From positions 330,001 through 362,000 of the forward strand of contig NZ_LT906458.1 in assembly GCF_900187275.1 (NCBI RefSeq): a DNA stretch of 32,000 nucleotides, read 5' to 3'. Positions 1-12,400 of the stretch are shown one piece after another (the stretch's first letter is position 1; the number at the start of each line of letters is the position of its first letter). A program made the translations under genes and the position numbers. A model generated the notes under the pieces. It was not told where the DNA came from. It saw nothing but the letters and a program-made list of their open reading frames with translations, and did not search any database. The stretch comes from Pasteurella multocida. Its GTDB lineage: Bacteria > Pseudomonadota > Gammaproteobacteria > Enterobacterales > Pasteurellaceae.

Positions 1-88
1 TTGGTAGGGATAATTTTTCGCGTACAAAAGGCGCGTGAGGATCTTTGCCTTTGCGTGTTTTTTTCGTAGGGATGTTTTGTTCTGTCAT
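1..88 (-). CDS. 5' part of an unidentified CDS running off the window edge (MTEQNIPTKKTRKGKDPHAPFVREKLSLP...)
   Basis: Open minus-strand frame from ATG at 88..86 to the window edge (29 codons), basic N-terminus; no clear RBS; downstream of ispB on the same strand. Confidence 0.35.
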   Translation of the reverse strand, partial: MTEQNIPTKKTRKGKDPHAPFVREKLSLP

Positions 89-115
89 TGTCGTGTTTAA
101 AATTACTAAATAAAT

Positions 116-134
116 GACCGCACTTTAGGCGGTC
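116..134 (-). terminator. Hairpin gaccgc-actttag-gcggtc including a USS core, after ispB
   Basis: 6 bp perfect arms between the ispB stop and the next minus-strand ORF; minus-strand continuation is only moderately T-rich. Confidence 0.35.
117..125 (-). other. DNA uptake signal sequence core
   Basis: Exact ACCGCACTT. Confidence 0.85.
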
Positions 135-166
135 GTTACGCTAACATGTCTCGCCTTATTAAGTGG

Positions 167-1159
167 TTAATAAGCGCGATCGACGGATAAGTAAGCTAAT
201 GAAATTAACGCTTGTTTATATTCATTTTCAGGCAATAATGCAATCGCATCAACGGCTTTTTGTGCTTCTTGTTTAGCGCGCATCATCGCATAGTCGAGGG
301 ATTTATGTTCTGTCATAATTGTCAGTACATCCTCTAAAATATCACGCTTACCCCCTTGCTCAATCGCTTCGCGAATCAATTTTGCTTGTGCTGGATTGCC
401 GTGATGCATGGCGTGTAATAACGGTAATGTTGGTTTACCTTCCGCTAAATCATCACCAATATTTTTGCCGAGTGCTTTTGCATCTGCACTATAATCTAAA
501 ATATCATCGACTAATTGAAAAGCTGTGCCTAGATAACAACCATATTCGCGTAAAGCATTTTCTTGGGCTTCCGTCGCATGAGCAAGTATCGCGGCGCAAT
601 GCGTCGCAGCTTCGAATAGACGCGCAGTCTTGCCATAAATGACTTGCATATAGTTTTCTTCCGTCGTATTCGGATCGTTGACATTCATTAATTGTTGCAC
701 TTCACCTTCTGCAATGACATTGGTTGCATCTGACATCACTTTGAGAATACGTAAAGAATCCAATTGCGTCATTAATTGGAAAGCGCGAGTATAAATAAAA
801 TCCCCCACTAACACACTTGCCGCATTACCAAATTCCGCGTTAGCTGTGGGATTGCCTCGTCGTAATGCAGATTCATCTACTACATCATCATGTAATAAAG
901 TCGCGGTATGAATAAATTCAATAAAAGTGGCACAAGTAATCGGTTGTTCACCATGAAATCCCAGTGCACGTGCAGCCAAAATCGCAATCATCGGACGGAT
1001 ACGTTTTCCACCACTTTGGATGATATAATAACCCAATTGATTAATTAACGTGACATCAGAGTTAAGCTGAGCGAGAATTGTTTCATTGGTTTTTTGCATA
1101 TCACGATGAATGAGTTTTTGGATGTCATCAATACTCATTAAATTATGTTGCTTTGTCAT
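167..1159 (-). CDS. ispB: Octaprenyl diphosphate synthase (polyprenyl synthetase)
   Basis: 330 aa with GGKRIRP, LLHDDVVDES and LVDDILDY aspartate-rich motifs; divergent from rplU. Confidence 0.95.
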   Translation of the reverse strand: MTKQHNLMSIDDIQKLIHRDMQKTNETILAQLNSDVTLINQLGYYIIQSGGKRIRPMIAILAARALGFHGEQPITCATFIEFIHTATLLHDDVVDESALRRGNPTANAEFGNAASVLVGDFIYTRAFQLMTQLDSLRILKVMSDATNVIAEGEVQQLMNVNDPNTTEENYMQVIYGKTARLFEAATHCAAILAHATEAQENALREYGCYLGTAFQLVDDILDYSADAKALGKNIGDDLAEGKPTLPLLHAMHHGNPAQAKLIREAIEQGGKRDILEDVLTIMTEHKSLDYAMMRAKQEAQKAVDAIALLPENEYKQALISLAYLSVDRAY

Positions 1160-1377
1160 TTGTAATAATGGATTTTTAGACTGAATGTGAAAGGGATTGT
1201 ACCCAATTTTCTGCGATTTCTGAAATTAAATCACACAAAATCATAATTTTTTTACTTTATTGTAAATAAGCTCTTGCTCTTAAGTTATTTTTTGCGTAGA
1301 ATTTGCGACCTATTTATATGAATTTTTGAAGTGCTAAATGAACAAAAACATGAAAGCACTAGTATAGCGGAGTATAT

Positions 1378-1689
1378 ATGTACGCAGTTTTTCAAAGTGG
1401 CGGTAAACAACACCGAGTAAGCGAAGGACAAGTAGTTCGTTTAGAAAAACTTGAAGTTGCAACTGGTGAAACAGTTGAGTTTGACTCAGTGTTAATGATC
1501 GTTAACGGTGAAGATGTTAAAATTGGTGCCCCAGTTGTTGCTGGTGGTAAAGTGGTGGCAGAAGTTGTTGCACACGGTCGTGGCGATAAAGTAAAAATCG
1601 TTAAGTTCCGTCGTCGTAAACATAGCCGTAAACAACAAGGTCATCGTCAGTGGTTCACAGAAGTGAAAATCACTGGGATTCAAGCATAA
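1378..1689 (+). CDS. rplU: 50S ribosomal protein L21
   Basis: 103 aa [14 protein letters not shown]..., typical L21, followed by rpmA. Confidence 0.98.
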   Translation: MYAVFQSGGKQHRVSEGQVVRLEKLEVATGETVEFDSVLMIVNGEDVKIGAPVVAGGKVVAEVVAHGRGDKVKIVKFRRRKHSRKQQGHRQWFTEVKITGIQA

Positions 1690-1709
1690 TTTCAGAGGAG
1701 ATCAAGTAG

Positions 1710-1967
<258 letters not shown>

Positions 1968-1986
1968 TTTCAAATTTAGAAATAGA

Positions 1987-2018
1987 AAAACGCCTCGCAC
2001 AAGTTGCGGGGCGTTTTC
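1987..2018 (+). terminator. Probable terminator or attenuator after rpmA
   Basis: aaaacgcctcgca-caagt-tgcggggcgtttt: near-perfect stem, short 3' T stretch, immediately before the next ORF. Confidence 0.6.
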
Positions 2019-2031
2019 GTAGAAGTCTCTT

Positions 2032-2964
2032 ATGAAACAGCAGCCTCTGCTAGGATTCCTTTTTGCGTTTACTGCCGCATGTATGTGGGGATCTTTACCG
2101 ATTGCGTTACAGCAATTATTAAACATTATGGATGCACAAACGGTTGTGTGGTTCCGTTTTGCTGTGGCTGCCATTGGATTATTTTTTATCCTCAAACTGA
2201 CAAAAAGATTACCCCATTGGACAGTACTTCGGTTGCGACATTGGCTTCTCATCTTATTAGGCATTGTTGGATTATCCGCAAACTTTTTCTTATACAATGT
2301 TGCATTACAATATATTCCCCCAACCACTAGCCAAGTTTTTAGCCCACTCAGCTCATTTGGTATGTTATTAGTGGGGGTATTGTTATTTAAAGAAACCTTT
2401 GCAGTTTATCAAAAAGTCGGTTTAGGTTTACTCATTCTTGGCTTGATCCTCTTTTTTAATCAGCGCGTGGAAGACTTTTTACAGTTTGGCACTTATGTAA
2501 AAGGGATTATTATTTGTATTAGTGCAAGTTTAGTTTGGGTCGTCTATGGGAGTGCACAAAAACTGATGTTGCATCGTTTGACAGCACAGCAAGTATTATT
2601 GCCCATTTATATAGGATGTACGATACTTTTTCTGCCTACGGCAACCATTTCACAAGTGACGCATTTGAATGCGATGCAAATAGGCTGCTTGATTTATTGT
2701 TGTTTGAATACATTAATTGCTTACGGTGCTTATGCGGAAGCGCTGAATCATTGGGATGTGACGAAAGTGAGCGCGATTGTGACACAAATTCCCATATTGA
2801 CCTTGATTTTCTCGGAAGTATTACTGTTCATTGCACCTGATTATGTGATGACTGAGGAATTAAATTGGATAAGCTATATCGGTGTGTGCTTTGTCGTTTC
2901 AGGTGCATTATTTTCCGCCACAGGACATCGAATTTTAGTTAAAATCACAAATAGGAAACCATAA
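2032..2964 (+). CDS. EamA/DMT-family transporter, YhbE-like, copy 1
   Basis: 310 aa, multiple TM segments, two internal halves; in the rpmA-X-obgE position that E. coli yhbE occupies. Confidence 0.88.
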   Translation: MKQQPLLGFLFAFTAACMWGSLPIALQQLLNIMDAQTVVWFRFAVAAIGLFFILKLTKRLPHWTVLRLRHWLLILLGIVGLSANFFLYNVALQYIPPTTSQVFSPLSSFGMLLVGVLLFKETFAVYQKVGLGLLILGLILFFNQRVEDFLQFGTYVKGIIICISASLVWVVYGSAQKLMLHRLTAQQVLLPIYIGCTILFLPTATISQVTHLNAMQIGCLIYCCLNTLIAYGAYAEALNHWDVTKVSAIVTQIPILTLIFSEVLLFIAPDYVMTEELNWISYIGVCFVVSGALFSATGHRILVKITNRKP

Positions 2965-2965
2965 G

Positions 2966-5064
<2,099 letters not shown>

Positions 5065-5088
5065 AGTTGACAATTGACAGGCTACTAA

Positions 5089-5129
5089 AAAAGTGCGGTA
5101 TAAACGTTGAAAATTTATACCGCACTTTT
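5089..5129. terminator. Bidirectional terminator between obgE (+) and fur (-), made of an inverted USS pair
   Basis: Perfect 16-nt arms AAAAGTGCGGTATAAA / TTTATACCGCACTTTT with a 9-nt loop; T-rich on both strands. Confidence 0.88.
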
Positions 5130-5148
5130 TATTTAATTTGCCTTGTTT

Positions 5149-5589
5149 TTATTTTTTGCCATTCTCATCGCATTTCTTGACATTACTACATTTGCCATAA
5201 AGATACAGACTGTGTGTGGCTAATTCAATACCATGTTGTTTAGTAATTTCACGTTGACGTTTTTCAATAATGTCATCATTAAATTCAAACACTTTACCGC
5301 AGTCCACGCAAATAATGTGATCGTGGTGTTCAGTTGGGGCAAGTTCAAAGACGGATTTATTGCCTTCAAAATTATGACGAATCAAAATTTTTGCTTCATC
5401 AAATTGGTTTAATACACGGTAAACTGTGGCTAAACCAATTTCTTCGCCTCTTTCAAGGAGCATTTTATACACATCTTCTGCAGAGAAGTGTTCTTCTTGA
5501 TGTTCTTGCATTAATGCCAAAATCGTTAAACGAGGTTCGGTGATTTTCAACCCCGCTTTTTTCAAAAGTTTGATATTTTCTTCAGACAT
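5149..5589 (-). CDS. fur: Ferric uptake regulator Fur
   Basis: 146 aa; KKAGLKITEPRLTILALMQ, HHDHIICVDCGKVFEF, C-terminal CxxxxC-type region. Confidence 0.97.
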   Translation of the reverse strand: MSEENIKLLKKAGLKITEPRLTILALMQEHQEEHFSAEDVYKMLLERGEEIGLATVYRVLNQFDEAKILIRHNFEGNKSVFELAPTEHHDHIICVDCGKVFEFNDDIIEKRQREITKQHGIELATHSLYLYGKCSNVKKCDENGKK

Positions 5590-5613
5590 AATAGCCCCTT
5601 AATTATTTTGCTA

Positions 5614-6138
5614 TTAAGCAAGTTCTGCTAAACACATTTCGTCAAACACTTGCTTCACCCATTTTTCAACACGTTCAGCAGTTAATTCAGGTTGACGATC
5701 TTCATCAATACATAATCCTACAAAAGTATTTTCATCGACTAATGCTTGCGAAACTTCAAAGTGATAGCCTTCTGTTGGCCAGTGACCAACAATGATGGCG
5801 CCTTTAGGTTCAATAATGTTACGCACGGTTCCCATAGCATCACAGAAATATTCTGCGTAATCTTCTTGATCTCCACAGCCAAAAATAGCAACCAATTTAT
5901 CGGTAAAATCAATTTCTTCTAAGGTTGGGAAAAAATCATCCCAGTCACATTGGGCTTCACCGTAATACCAGGTTGGAATCCCAATCATGAGAAAATCATA
6001 AGCTTCAATATCTTCTTTTGTACTTTTTGCAATATCGCGTACATCAACTAAGTCACTACCGAGTTGTTTTTGAATCATTTTGGCAATATTTTCGGTATTG
6101 CCTGTATCACTGCCATAAAATAAACCAACAACAGCCAT
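5614..6138 (-). CDS. fldA: Flavodoxin I
   Basis: 174 aa; GLFYGSDTGNTENIAKMI FMN loop; adjacent to fur. Confidence 0.96.
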   Translation of the reverse strand: MAVVGLFYGSDTGNTENIAKMIQKQLGSDLVDVRDIAKSTKEDIEAYDFLMIGIPTWYYGEAQCDWDDFFPTLEEIDFTDKLVAIFGCGDQEDYAEYFCDAMGTVRNIIEPKGAIIVGHWPTEGYHFEVSQALVDENTFVGLCIDEDRQPELTAERVEKWVKQVFDEMCLAELA

Positions 6139-6143
6139 TTTTG

Positions 6144-6428
6144 CTACCTATCTTCTTGAATATTAAAATAATCTTGTAAAATCGTTACAATCAATTCTGA
6201 TCGACTAACATGCAAATTTGCCGCTAAATCTTCTAGTTGCTCAACTAAATCCGTGTGTAATTTAAGTTCGACCCGTTTTAACCCGATGGATTTATCCCGT
6301 TTTAACTGATTACGTTTATTGATACGAATTTGTTGTTCACGACTCAGTGGATTTGTTTTTGGGCGTCCAACTTTGCGAGTATTAGCAAACAGATCCAATG
6401 TAATACAATCTGCGTCTTGTTTTGCCAT
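6144..6428 (-). CDS. ybfE: LexA-regulated/ribbon-helix-helix-type protein YbfE
   Basis: 94 aa, basic, C-terminal RHH-like segment (LHVSRSELIVTILQDYF); ybfE-fldA-fur order as in enterics. Confidence 0.8.
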   Translation of the reverse strand: MAKQDADCITLDLFANTRKVGRPKTNPLSREQQIRINKRNQLKRDKSIGLKRVELKLHTDLVEQLEDLAANLHVSRSELIVTILQDYFNIQEDR

Positions 6429-6448
6429 CTATCAAATCACTGAAAATC

Positions 6449-6476
6449 TGTGGCTAAGTGAGAATGATAAGCCACA
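6449..6476. promoter_or_regulatory. Inverted repeat TGTGGCT...AGCCACA enclosing a Fur-box-like sequence upstream of ybfE-fldA-fur
   Basis: 7 bp perfect arms; gagaatgataa (6460-6470) matches 10/11 of the first part of the GATAATGATAATCATTATC Fur consensus. Confidence 0.4.
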
Positions 6477-6543
6477 ACTAAATTAATGCTGAACTATAAC
6501 ACAATTTATGTGGGATTAAAACACGAATTTCTGCGCGCTTTGG

Positions 6544-7332
6544 CTATTTGTTTGATATTAAAAATCTTTCAATTGCGCGTATGACAAACTCAGGTTTTTC
6601 CGCGTGAACCCAGTGTCCACAACCATTTATAGTAAAGGCGGTGGCTTGTGGAAATTGCGCGAGAATAGGTTGTGTGTCTTCTGTTTTGATATAGTTTGAT
6701 TGTCCGCCACGGATAAAGAGGGTAGGTACGGTACAGTGACAAGGTTGCCAATCCATGATGTGAGGATAATTGGCATGTAATGCGCTGAGGTTAAAACGGA
6801 AATATTCTTTGGCATTGGCATCAAAGGATTTCAGCATGAATTGTTGGATCGCTTCCTCAGGAATATATTGTGCTAAATAGTGTTTTGCTTCTTGTCGTGT
6901 TTTCGGTTTTGCTTGTTTGGTGGCAAATAGCCCCGTAAAAACAGCGTCATGCTCATGGTGACCATACTTGACTGGTGCAATATCAATGACAATCAATTTT
7001 TCGACGAGATGGGGATAAAGTGCGGTCATTTTCATGGCAGTTTTTCCTCCCATGGAATGCCCAATTAAAATGACTTTTTCGAGCTGAAGGGTATGAATGA
7101 CATTGGCGAGATCTTCTGCCATGAGCGTATAATTCATCTCTTCGTGGTGAAAACTTTGTCCGTGGTTGCGTAAATCGACACGTAAAATGGGATATTTTTC
7201 ACTAAAGGCTCTGGCGATAATGCCTAAATTATTCATATCACCAAATAAACCATGAATAAAAACGAAAGTCGGCGCATTAATTTCTTGTTTTAACTGATGA
7301 AATTGAAAGTGAAGTAAATTGTTCTCAGACAT
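6544..7332 (-). CDS. ybfF: Alpha/beta-hydrolase esterase YbfF
   Basis: GHSMGGKTAM nucleophile elbow, FIHGLFGDMNNLG, C-terminal GCGHWVHAE; likely start is MSENNLLHF (7332), 21 codons inside the reported ORF. Confidence 0.88.
   Translation of the reverse strand: MSENNLLHFQFHQLKQEINAPTFVFIHGLFGDMNNLGIIARAFSEKYPILRVDLRNHGQSFHHEEMNYTLMAEDLANVIHTLQLEKVILIGHSMGGKTAMKMTALYPHLVEKLIVIDIAPVKYGHHEHDAVFTGLFATKQAKPKTRQEAKHYLAQYIPEEAIQQFMLKSFDANAKEYFRFNLSALHANYPHIMDWQPCHCTVPTLFIRGGQSNYIKTEDTQPILAQFPQATAFTINGCGHWVHAEKPEFVIRAIERFLISNK
7018..7026 (+). other. DNA uptake signal sequence core inside ybfF
   Basis: Exact AAGTGCGGT. Confidence 0.85.
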
Positions 7333-7411
7333 AATTTGTATATAGAGTATTTGTAAAGAAGTCGTTATAATGTTGCAAAATCTGAAAGAGATCAAGCAAG
7401 TGGAGGAAAAA

Positions 7412-8032
7412 ATGAAAATTATTGAAGTTGATGAAGAGCTTTATCAATATATTGCGAGTCAAACGCAGTCTATTGGCGAAAGCGCATCGGATATTTTGCG
7501 CCGTTTGCTTAATTTTTCTAATAAAGCTGTTGAAAAAACAGAAGTGCCTCCCGTGGCGGTTAAAACGACAGAGCCTGCACCAACAGCACCACAACCAGCT
7601 GTCCAAGCAGAAACAGAAGCGGTTTTTGAAAATCCAAAAATCTTACCTAAAAAACAATCTGATGAGTCTATTCAGCAAGTGGTCACCAAAGTTCGTGACT
7701 TACTCCGTTCTGATGCATTTCAACAAGAAAGTAAAGCGGTTGTACGTTTTTTAAATATTTTGAAAGTGCTTTATCGTACGAACCCAGAAAGTTTTGCGCA
7801 AGCAACTGAATCATTGCAAGGGCGTACCCGTGTTTATTTTGCGCGTGATGAAGGCACGTTATTAATGGCGGGAAATCAAACGAAGCCAAAGCAAATTCCC
7901 GATACGCCATATTGGGTGATCACCAATACCAATAGTGGTCGCAAAATGTTGATGCTAGAAGGCGCAATGCAATCGATGCATTTACCGGCGGACTTAATTG
8001 AAGACGTGCGTAGCTATTTTGTTGCCAATTAG
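7412..8032 (+). CDS. seqA: Negative modulator of initiation of replication SeqA
   Basis: MKIIEVDEELYQYIASQTQSIGESASDILRRLL N-terminus; start chosen at 7412 (aggagg-like RBS upstream), 14 codons inside the reported ORF. Confidence 0.95.
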   Translation: MKIIEVDEELYQYIASQTQSIGESASDILRRLLNFSNKAVEKTEVPPVAVKTTEPAPTAPQPAVQAETEAVFENPKILPKKQSDESIQQVVTKVRDLLRSDAFQQESKAVVRFLNILKVLYRTNPESFAQATESLQGRTRVYFARDEGTLLMAGNQTKPKQIPDTPYWVITNTNSGRKMLMLEGAMQSMHLPADLIEDVRSYFVAN

Positions 8033-8034
8033 TT

Positions 8035-9453
8035 ATGTTTCCTTGGCAGCGATTCGCATCTGATCCCATTAAACAAAACCAAATCGCCTTGCGAGATCCG
8101 CAAGGCGAGGTTTTTACATGGCGACAGCTTTTTGAGCAAATCAGCCAGTATGCTAAGCTTTTGCAATACCATGGCGTTCAACCTAATTCTGGTGTCGCTT
8201 TATGTGGTAAGAATGAACTGGACTTGTTATTACTCTACTTAGCCACTATTCAGATTGGTGCACGAGTCTTTCCGCTTAATCCTGCTTTTCCTGTCGAAAA
8301 AATTCAGCAATATTGCCGTGCGGCAGATATTGAGTTTTATTATGCGCCACATGCCTTACTCTTACGTGACTGCCAAGCGATTTCGTTAACAGTGAATGTT
8401 CAAGTGGAACAAGTTGAACCAGAAGTGCGGTCAGATTGTGAAAACTTTTTTATTCCCGCTACCATGACTTTAACCTCTGGGTCTAGTGGTGTTCCTAAAG
8501 CGGTTGTTCATCACCTACAAGCGCATTTAGATAATGCCAAAGGCGTTTGTGAACTCATGCAATTTGACGCAAATGCGTCATGGTTACTTTCTTTGCCTTT
8601 ATATCATGTTTCAGGGCAGGGGATCCTTTGGCGTTGGTTACGTGCAGGCGCAGTCTTACATTTTCCACAAGCGGACTTTTATGCGTCTGTCGGGCAAGCG
8701 ACACATGTTTCTTTAGTCCCGACTCAATTACAACGTTTATTATCTTATTGGCAGGAAAATACGATTTTAGACAGCTCGTTAAAAACCCAGCATATTTTGC
8801 TCGGTGGGGCGCAGATTCCGACGTCATTAACTGCACAATTAGCAAAATGGGGCGTGCAAAGTTATTCGGGATATGGCATGACGGAAATGGCGTCGACCGT
8901 ATTTGCGAAACGAAGTGATGATAAAATGGGCGTTGGTCAACCGTTATGTGGACGTGAATATCGACTCGTTGAGGGCGAAATCTGGCTGAAAGGTGCGGGA
9001 TTAGCGCTTGGTTATTGGCAACAAGGAACGATTTTACCGCTCACCAATAAACAAGGTTGGTTTGCCACAAAAGATAAAGGGATATGGCGTGATAATGAGT
9101 TGGTAATTTTAGGACGAATTGATAATATGTTCATTTCCGGTGGCGAAAACATACAGCCCGAAGAAATCGAACGGATAATTCAGCAATGGCAATATGTCAA
9201 ACAAGTGTTTGTGTTGCCGAAAGCGGATATTGAGTTTGGACAACGCCCCGTGGCGTTCATCGAATTTTCTGTGCCTTTTTCTGACGCACTTGTTGAGGCA
9301 TTGACGCTTTGGCTTGCGGATAAATTGGAAAAATTTAAACACCCCGTGGCTTATTTCCCTTTGAATACACAACAATTACAACAAGGTGCAATTAAAATTT
9401 CTCGAACAAGATTAAAATTAGCCTTACAGGATTTACTAGGAACTCACGAATGA
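8035..9453 (+). CDS. menE: O-succinylbenzoate--CoA ligase
   Basis: 472 aa AMP-binding enzyme: TMTLTSGSSGVPKAVVH, YGMTEMAS, GRIDNMFISGGENIQPEEIE. Confidence 0.92.
   Translation: MFPWQRFASDPIKQNQIALRDPQGEVFTWRQLFEQISQYAKLLQYHGVQPNSGVALCGKNELDLLLLYLATIQIGARVFPLNPAFPVEKIQQYCRAADIEFYYAPHALLLRDCQAISLTVNVQVEQVEPEVRSDCENFFIPATMTLTSGSSGVPKAVVHHLQAHLDNAKGVCELMQFDANASWLLSLPLYHVSGQGILWRWLRAGAVLHFPQADFYASVGQATHVSLVPTQLQRLLSYWQENTILDSSLKTQHILLGGAQIPTSLTAQLAKWGVQSYSGYGMTEMASTVFAKRSDDKMGVGQPLCGREYRLVEGEIWLKGAGLALGYWQQGTILPLTNKQGWFATKDKGIWRDNELVILGRIDNMFISGGENIQPEEIERIIQQWQYVKQVFVLPKADIEFGQRPVAFIEFSVPFSDALVEALTLWLADKLEKFKHPVAYFPLNTQQLQQGAIKISRTRLKLALQDLLGTHE
8423..8431 (+). other. DNA uptake signal sequence core inside menE
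   Basis: Exact AAGTGCGGT. Confidence 0.85.
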
Positions 9454-12400
9454 AAAAAACACATTTAGTTAAAAAGGCCTTTTTTGCCCTGAGCTTATGT
9501 TTTATGTTCAACGCATACACATTCGCTCAACTTCCTACACCAAATGATATTCAAGCCCAATTAAAAGTTGCCAAAAGTGCAGAGCAAAATGATACCAATA
9601 GTAAAACTGTGGTACAGAATTTGGAAGAAACCTTGGCATTGTTGGCAAAAATTGACAAGCAGAAAGCGGATATTAAAGACTTAGAGGCGCGTATTGATGG
9701 GGCTGCAGAGCAAACGACAAAAGCGCAAAAACGTTTAGAAACGCTGAAAAGTACGCCAGCACCTTCCGCAACACAATTTGAGAAATTGTCTTTGGCTGAT
9801 TTACAAGCCAAGTTATTGAGTACGCAACAAGCATTACAACAAATTCAAGCAGATGCAACAGGACTGAATACTGAATTGGTCACGCTTCGCACTGCGCCTG
9901 AGCGTGCCCAAGTGACACTCAATGCGAATTTAACCCGTGTACAAGAAATTAATAAGTTATTAGCGAATGCGGACACCATACCAAGTGGAAAAGTGAAGCT
10001 AGAAACGGAATTAGCCTTATTAGAATTGCAAAACAGTTTTAATAAATTGTTATTGCAAGGCAATAATGTCTTAACCACGTTATATACGCTCGAGCTAGAA
10101 GATAAGAACTTAGAAGTTGCGCAGTTGCAAGAACAGATTAAGAATTTACAGGATGCGATTAACCAGAAATATTTAAAAGAATCGCAACAGCAAGTGGAGC
10201 AACTGACCAAATCGCAATTGGAAAATAAAGGCACTACACATCCTGAAGTAGCAAGCCAATTAGAGCAGAATGTGCGATTAAGCCAGGCGCTAGTGCAACA
10301 AACCACCGAAATGAATACGTTATCGCAAGATAATTTACGTATTAAAAATGTGCTGAATAACTTACAACAGACACAACGCAATATTGAAGATCAAATTAGT
10401 GCGTTGCAAGGTTCACTGGTGTTGTCACGCATTATTAATAAACAAAAAGAGTTGTTACCACAAGATGAAATGATTGCTGGGTTATCGAAACGCATCACGG
10501 ATCTGCGTGTCCGTATCTTTGATCTGACTGAGATGCGGGATAATCTTTATGATCCGCAGAGCTATATTTCAGCACTTGAAAAGAAACAACAAGTCGCGTT
10601 TAGTGCGCAAGAAAAAGCCAGCTTAGATTCGATTTTACAAGAGCGCCGTAAGTTATTATCTGACATCATTAGTTTGCTTAATAACCAGCTCAATTTGGTG
10701 ATTAATATTGAGCTTAACCAAAAGCAAGTTGCGTTAATTAGTGATCAACTACAAAGTAAATTGCAGCAACAAAGCTTCTGGGTAAAAAGTAATGCACCGA
10801 TGGATGTAGATTGGGTCAAACAATTTTTACCTGCGGTTCAAGTGCAAGTAACGGAGATTATTAAGCAAATTGATTTTTCCAATTGGCGTGAGAATTTGGT
10901 ACCTGCGGCATTAATCATTGCGCTATTACTGGTATTCACTTTCTTGATTCAATTACAGAAAGCAAAAATTAAACAACGTTTAACCAATATTAATCAAAAA
11001 ATTAATACACTCACTTCGGATAGCCAATGGCACACTCCCGAAGCCATTTTATGGACGTTGGTGCTATGTTTACCTAGCACTTTCATTTTTACTGCATTGC
11101 TAGTGTTTATGGTGTATTTGTGTTTTGCAGAACCATTGAATTTAGCAAGTTGGGTTGTCAGCATGGGCGGCTATTGGTGTTTCTTCGCCTTTATGTTATC
11201 GCTGTTACGTCCAAATGGGATTGCCTATCGCCATTTTAGTATGCCAAAAGAAAGTGTCGATCGTTTTTATCGTGTTTTTGGTCGCTCTGTTTGGATTTCC
11301 GCGTTATGGATTAATGCCTCGCTCTTTACACATTTAGAAACGGGGATTACCAACGATGTGATTGGGCAAGTGATGACAATTTCGGTGTTGTTTATTTCTT
11401 TACTGATTATTGGTCCACGTATTCAAGATGCCGTGAAATCGTATGAAAATTCATCGGAAGATAACACTAAATCAATTCATATGGTGTTAAAAATAGGGCG
11501 TTTTTTCCTTGTTGCGGCACCGATTATCCTGATTGTGCTTGTTGTGATGGGCTACTACTATACGGCACTGAATTTGATGGAACATTTAATGTCCTCTTAT
11601 TTTGTGGTTGTCACTTGGTTAGTGTTAAAAAATGTGATTCACCGTGGTTTAACCGTATCCTCGCGTCGTTTATCTTACAATCGTTTGAAAGAAAAAATCG
11701 AGCAACAGGCGCAGCCAAAAGTCAATACGGAAGAAGAATTGAATATTGGACTGGAGTTACAGCAAAACGAAAGTTTAGGTATCGCCCAAGTCAAAGATCA
11801 AGTATTACGTGTCACTGATTTGCTGTTAACGGTCATTTTATTAGGCATGTTATATTGGGTTTGGTCTGATCTGGTTACTGTCGCCTATTACTTACAGGGT
11901 GTCACATTATGGCAACAAAGTGTCACTACCGCAGCGGGAACAGTGATGGAGTCCATTACTTTATTGAATCTGTTGTTGGCAGTAGTGATTTTAATTGCCA
12001 TGTATGCTTTAGTGCGTAATATTGGCGGTTTGCTTGAAGTATTAGTGTTTTCACGGGTGAGCTTTTCCCAAGGCACGCCTTATACCATTACGACCTTAGC
12101 CACTTATTTCATTATTGCGATTGGCGCGGGCGTCGCCTTTTCGACTTTAGGGATGTCATGGTCGAAATTACAATGGTTATTTGCTGCCTTGTCTGTGGGT
12201 CTAGGTTTTGGTTTGCAAGAAATCTTTGCTAACTTTGTGTCAGGTTTGATCATTTTATTTGAGCGTCCAGTGCGCATTGGTGATGTGATTACGATTGGTG
12301 AATATTCCGGTACCGTATCACGTATTCGTATTCGTTCGACTACGTTAATTGATTTTGACCGTAAAGAAGTGATTGTGCCAAATAAAGCGTTTGTAACAGA

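Noticed and set aside
7370-7411. N-terminal extension MLQNLKEIKQVEEK of seqA
   Set aside because: SeqA proteins start at MKxIEVDEELY, and an aggagg-like RBS precedes the 7412 ATG, so the extension is most likely upstream noncoding sequence.
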